Made by a program: the position numbers and the translations under genes. Below, in pieces: positions 62,438 to 64,000 of a DNA stretch of 64,000 nucleotides. Each line of letters opens with the position of its first letter. Positions within the stretch are counted from its first letter, which is position 1. The notes beneath the pieces are model-generated. The model did not search any database and was not told where the DNA came from. It saw only the letters and a list, made by a program, of their open reading frames with translations. Source of the DNA: Planctomycetota bacterium (GTDB lineage Bacteria > Planctomycetota > PLA2 > JAEUHO01); assembly GCA_965223505.1 (NCBI GenBank), contig CBDCWP010000039.1:256001-320000 (forward strand), written 5' to 3'.

Positions 62438-63004
62438 ATGAGCCACGCGCTCGTGGTCGGCGGAACCGGGATGCTGCGCGACGCGACGCTGCAGCTCGCC
62501 GAACGCTTCGCGACGGTCACCGTCATCGCGCGCCGCCGCAACGGGCTTCGCAAGCTGGCGGCGGACGCGGCGCACCTGCCCGCGAGCGTCCACGCGCTCG
62601 CGCTGGACTACCGCGACAGCGGCGCCTTGCGCGACGCCCTGATGGATGCCCAAGCGCGCTTCGGCCCGCTCGCGCTGGCCGTGTGTTGGATCCATTCGAC
62701 CGCGCCGGATGGACCGCAGGTCGTTGCTTCCTGCGCAGGGCTTGCGCAGGCGGACGGCGGTCGGTGCGACTTCCTGCACGTGGTCGGCAGCGCGTCGGCC
62801 GATCCCTCGCGGGACGCCGACGACCAGCGGATCGAGATGGCCGGCGTACGGTACCGGCAGGTCATCCTCGGCTTCGTTCTCGAGGGCGGCGGCTCGCGTT
62901 GGCTCACGAACGGCGAAATCAGCAAGGGTGTGATCGCCGCCGTCGACTCGGGTGACGCGCGTTCGATCGTCGGCGTGGTTCGGCCCTGGGAACGAAAGCC
63001 GTAG
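62438..63004 (+). CDS. short-chain dehydrogenase-like protein
   Basis: ALVVGGTGML Rossmann motif, WIHS, ILGF, RWLTNGEIS. Confidence 0.75.
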   Translation: MSHALVVGGTGMLRDATLQLAERFATVTVIARRRNGLRKLAADAAHLPASVHALALDYRDSGALRDALMDAQARFGPLALAVCWIHSTAPDGPQVVASCAGLAQADGGRCDFLHVVGSASADPSRDADDQRIEMAGVRYRQVILGFVLEGGGSRWLTNGEISKGVIAAVDSGDARSIVGVVRPWERKP

Positions 63005-63286
63005 CTACAGGACGTCGAGCTCGTGCTCGATGACGCGCGCGGCCGGATGGGTGCGAAGCGACTCGAGGACCTTCTCGACCATCTCCTTCGCGTGGCGCGC
63101 GGAGCCGCTGACCGACGCGAAGCCCAGAACCGCTTTGCGATGCAGCTCCTGGTCCTCGACCTCCGCCGCGGCGACGCCGAACCGGTTGCGGGTGCGGTCG
63201 AGGATGCTCTTCACGACCTGGCGCTTCTCCTTCAGCGAGTTCGCGTCCGGAACGTGGATCGAGACGTGGAGGAGGCCGACGTGCAT
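63005..63286 (-). CDS. DUF503 family protein
   Basis: SLKEKRQVVKS...RF.V..AEV..Q. Confidence 0.88.
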   Translation of the reverse strand: MHVGLLHVSIHVPDANSLKEKRQVVKSILDRTRNRFGVAAAEVEDQELHRKAVLGFASVSGSARHAKEMVEKVLESLRTHPAARVIEHELDVL

Positions 63287-63344
63287 GAGGTACGGGACTA
63301 TACGTGCCGGAAGGTGTGGTGGGGGCGGGCGGGGTTGGGGGCGG

Positions 63345-63439
63345 GATCGGGTTCGGGATCGGGTTTGGGATCGGGTTCGGGGTCGGGGGGGACGGCCGAT
63401 TCGCGATGACGTCGTAGGGGGCGGGGTTCGACCCCGCCC
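63345..63439. repeat. (GGGNTC)n tract plus GTAG REP-like hairpin
   Basis: Hexamers at about 63345-63388; GTAGGGGGCGGGGTTCGACCCCGCCC at 63414. Confidence 0.8.
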
Positions 63440-63540
63440 GCCGCGCCGGATCGCTCGACGGTTCCACGCGGACCGCCCGCGAACGCCAACCCGTTGCGTC
63501 CCCTGCGCCGACGGAGTGGCCGAGTAGATTCATCCGTCCG

Positions 63541-64000
63541 ATGGCATACGATCTCGACGACAAGCTGGTCGTGGGCATCTCCACCCGCGCTCTCTTCGAC
63601 CTCGACGAAGCGCACCGCGTCTTCGAAGAGCAAGGCCTCGATGCCTACACCGACTTCCAGGTGCAGCGCACCGACACCGAGATCCCCACCGGCGCCGGCT
63701 TCCCCCTCGTGCGCGGGCTCCTGCGCATCAACGAGCTCGCGGGCGAACCGCTCGTCGAGGTCGTCGTCATCTCCCGCAACAGCGCCGAGACCGGACTGCG
63801 CACCCGACACTCGATCAAGTCACTCGGCCTGCCCATCACCCGCGCCGCGTTCACCCGCGGCCGTCCCGTCTATCGCTATCTGGACGCCTTCTCTTGCGAC
63901 CTCTTTCTCTCCGCCCACGACGAAGACGTGCTCGGCGCGCTTCAAGCCGGCTTCGCCGCCGGCAAGGTCCTCAGCGTTCCGCCCGCCGTCGCGGAGCTCT
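63541..64000 (+). CDS. 5'-nucleotidase (partial, runs off window)
   Basis: MAYDLDDKLVVGISTRALFDL...VEVVVISRNS...RAAFT...DLFLSA. Confidence 0.88.
   Translation, partial: MAYDLDDKLVVGISTRALFDLDEAHRVFEEQGLDAYTDFQVQRTDTEIPTGAGFPLVRGLLRINELAGEPLVEVVVISRNSAETGLRTRHSIKSLGLPITRAAFTRGRPVYRYLDAFSCDLFLSAHDEDVLGALQAGFAAGKVLSVPPAVAEL

Overview
GC-rich bacterial chromosome segment. The gene content (secreted HEAT-repeat proteins, prenyltransferase-repeat protein, kinase-FGE fusion) suggests Planctomycetota, but this is inference only. The housekeeping backbone carries typA, pyk, prfB (programmed +1 frameshift), purH, rnc, mfd, rpsT, def, ribF and tRNA-Phe, with many GTAG-type REPs and (GGGNTC)n tracts between genes. 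There are two accessory islands. Island 1 (11389-17697) has terminal inverted repeats, sits inside a ~125-bp repeat array and contains a nested IS256 and a RuvC-like gene. Island 2 (49608-59444) is integrated at tRNA-Phe with a tyrosine integrase and contains a four-gene, two-DDE-transposase element. Main finding: both islands carry the same unannotated cassette. It consists of a conserved ~240-nt non-coding element with covarying stems, then 2-4 tandem paralogous ~110-120 aa beta-rich proteins, then a Cys-containing protein (disrupted in both islands), then a lipoprotein. This is a candidate undescribed RNA-associated effector/immunity or particle system. Several backbone frameshifts look like sequencing indels. 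All calls come from reading motifs by eye; no searches were run.
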